Source: Octopus sinensis
Taxonomy: Eukaryota
Direction: 5' to 3'
DNA length: 19,778 nt
NCBI RefSeq assembly: GCF_006345805.1
Contig: NW_021824195.1
Span: 1-19,778 of the forward strand
Below are positions 18,401-19,778 of the stretch, piece after piece (the stretch's first letter is position 1; each line of letters begins with the position of its first letter). The notes beneath the pieces are model-generated. The model had not been told where the DNA came from and searched no databases. It saw only the letters and a program-made list of their open reading frames with translations. The position numbers and the translations under genes are program-made.

Positions 18401-18679
18401 CATATAAGTTGGCCATGCTGTCGGTTTCCTAAACCTCCCGCAGAGCTCTGAACAAGAAGCTATTTGATACCCAAGCTCGTGTTCGTTATCGCCAATTGTT
18501 GTAAGCGATTCATTGTCAGTTGTCGCCCCTTTGATGGATTCTGGCTCTTATTAAATCAATATCGACTGACCAACCAACACACGCCGTGCGTGCCTTTGAA
18601 CGTGGTATCCTCTCACCACCCCTCCAACTCCTGGATCTCTTTTCTTGCTTTGACTAGCATCAAATACTTCTTCTTCTAT

Positions 18680-18896
18680 ACCTGCGTATGCGCATGTGTC
18701 TGTGCATGTGTGTGTGTGTGTGTGTGTGTGTTTTTATGAGTGTGTGTGTAACGTTTATCGTTTATTTTCATGTGTAAAAATATACGAGCTGATGTCGATG
18801 TGTGTATCTACAAACAGTAAATCTCTCTCTCACACACACACGCACACATATCCATATACACGTATATGTATATACATACATACATACATACATACA

Positions 18897-18956
<60 letters not shown>

Positions 18957-19290
18957 CATATATATACGTGGATATATATATATATGTTTGTATATATGCT
19001 TGTACATACATACTAATATATGTTTTTGTGTGTCTTATTATATACACACATATATATATATATATATATCTGCATACATAATCTCATATATATATACATG
19101 TATAATATAGATATTTATATATATTATATATATATATGTATGTATATACATATATATATATATTAGATATATGTATGTATGTATATCAATATATATATAG
19201 ATATGTATGTATGTATATACATATAATATATATATTATGTATGTATGTATATACATATATATATGTATATACATACATATACATATATAA
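18680..19290. repeat. Compound (TG)n/(CA)n/(TACA)n/(TA)n microsatellite field
   Basis: Directly visible. Confidence 0.93.
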
Positions 19291-19484
19291 GATTACTTAT
19301 CTGTGATCTCTGTAACATGTAGTTAGGAGCGACACAATCTTTGTGAAAAACAACTTTTTGGTCATCTGACTGCCATATCTCTCTAACCACCCTTATGCTC
19401 TCCATCTCCTTCTTTCCCTTATCTGTCTTGTTTTGTTTCTACATTCCACCTATCCATTTGTTATTTGTGTCTCTTAGTCTCTCA

Positions 19485-19485
<1 letters not shown>

Positions 19486-19554
<69 letters not shown>

Positions 19555-19573
19555 GTCTATCTACCTATCTATG

Positions 19574-19638
<65 letters not shown>

Positions 19639-19733
19639 GTCTATCTACCTATCTATGTCTATCTATCTATCTATCTATCTATCTATTCATCAATCTACCT
19701 ATCTATCCCATCAATCTATCTATCTATCTATCA

Positions 19734-19778
<45 letters not shown>
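19486..19778. repeat. (TCTA)n tetranucleotide microsatellite to the window end
   Basis: Directly visible, with a repeated variant block CTATGTCTATCTACCTATCTATG. Confidence 0.97.

Noticed and set aside
18400-18690. Non-repetitive island between microsatellites; the minus strand has a CAG/G acceptor-like site and a 43-codon open stretch
   Set aside because: No polypyrimidine tract (it is preceded by CA repeats) and no recognisable protein similarity. It cannot be supported as an exon without RNA-seq.
17566-19274. Many YI/HT/VC-rich ORFs
   Set aside because: Dinucleotide and tetranucleotide repeat translations.

Overview
Eukaryotic, AT-rich, gene-free DNA made almost entirely of decayed retroelements and microsatellites. 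The repeat landscape looks like an octopus/cephalopod genome (inference from recollection of the SINE families; not database-checked). I find no credible host exon, and most ORF-track entries are microsatellite read-throughs or pieces of dead LINEs. Contents: (i) four 5'-truncated R4/Dong-like RLE LINEs, each with (TAA)n on both sides, three of them with a structurally conserved 3'-UTR stem-loop; (ii) an L1/Tx1-like 3' end and a Penelope-like GIY-YIG remnant in the same (TAA)n nest at 10295-14760; (iii) an RTE/BovB-like LINE with a ~95-bp flanking duplication and an internal 157-bp tandem duplication; (iv) about ten copies of roughly five tRNA-derived SINE types, one type carrying an internal microsatellite and one apparently dimeric; (v) hammerhead-ribozyme-like motifs. 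The best of these (9181-9226) has a palindromic stem III, sits at the tip of a ~140-nt rod-like hairpin outside any element I recognise, and is the best candidate for something undescribed. Coordinates were counted by hand, and element edges are approximate to a few bases.
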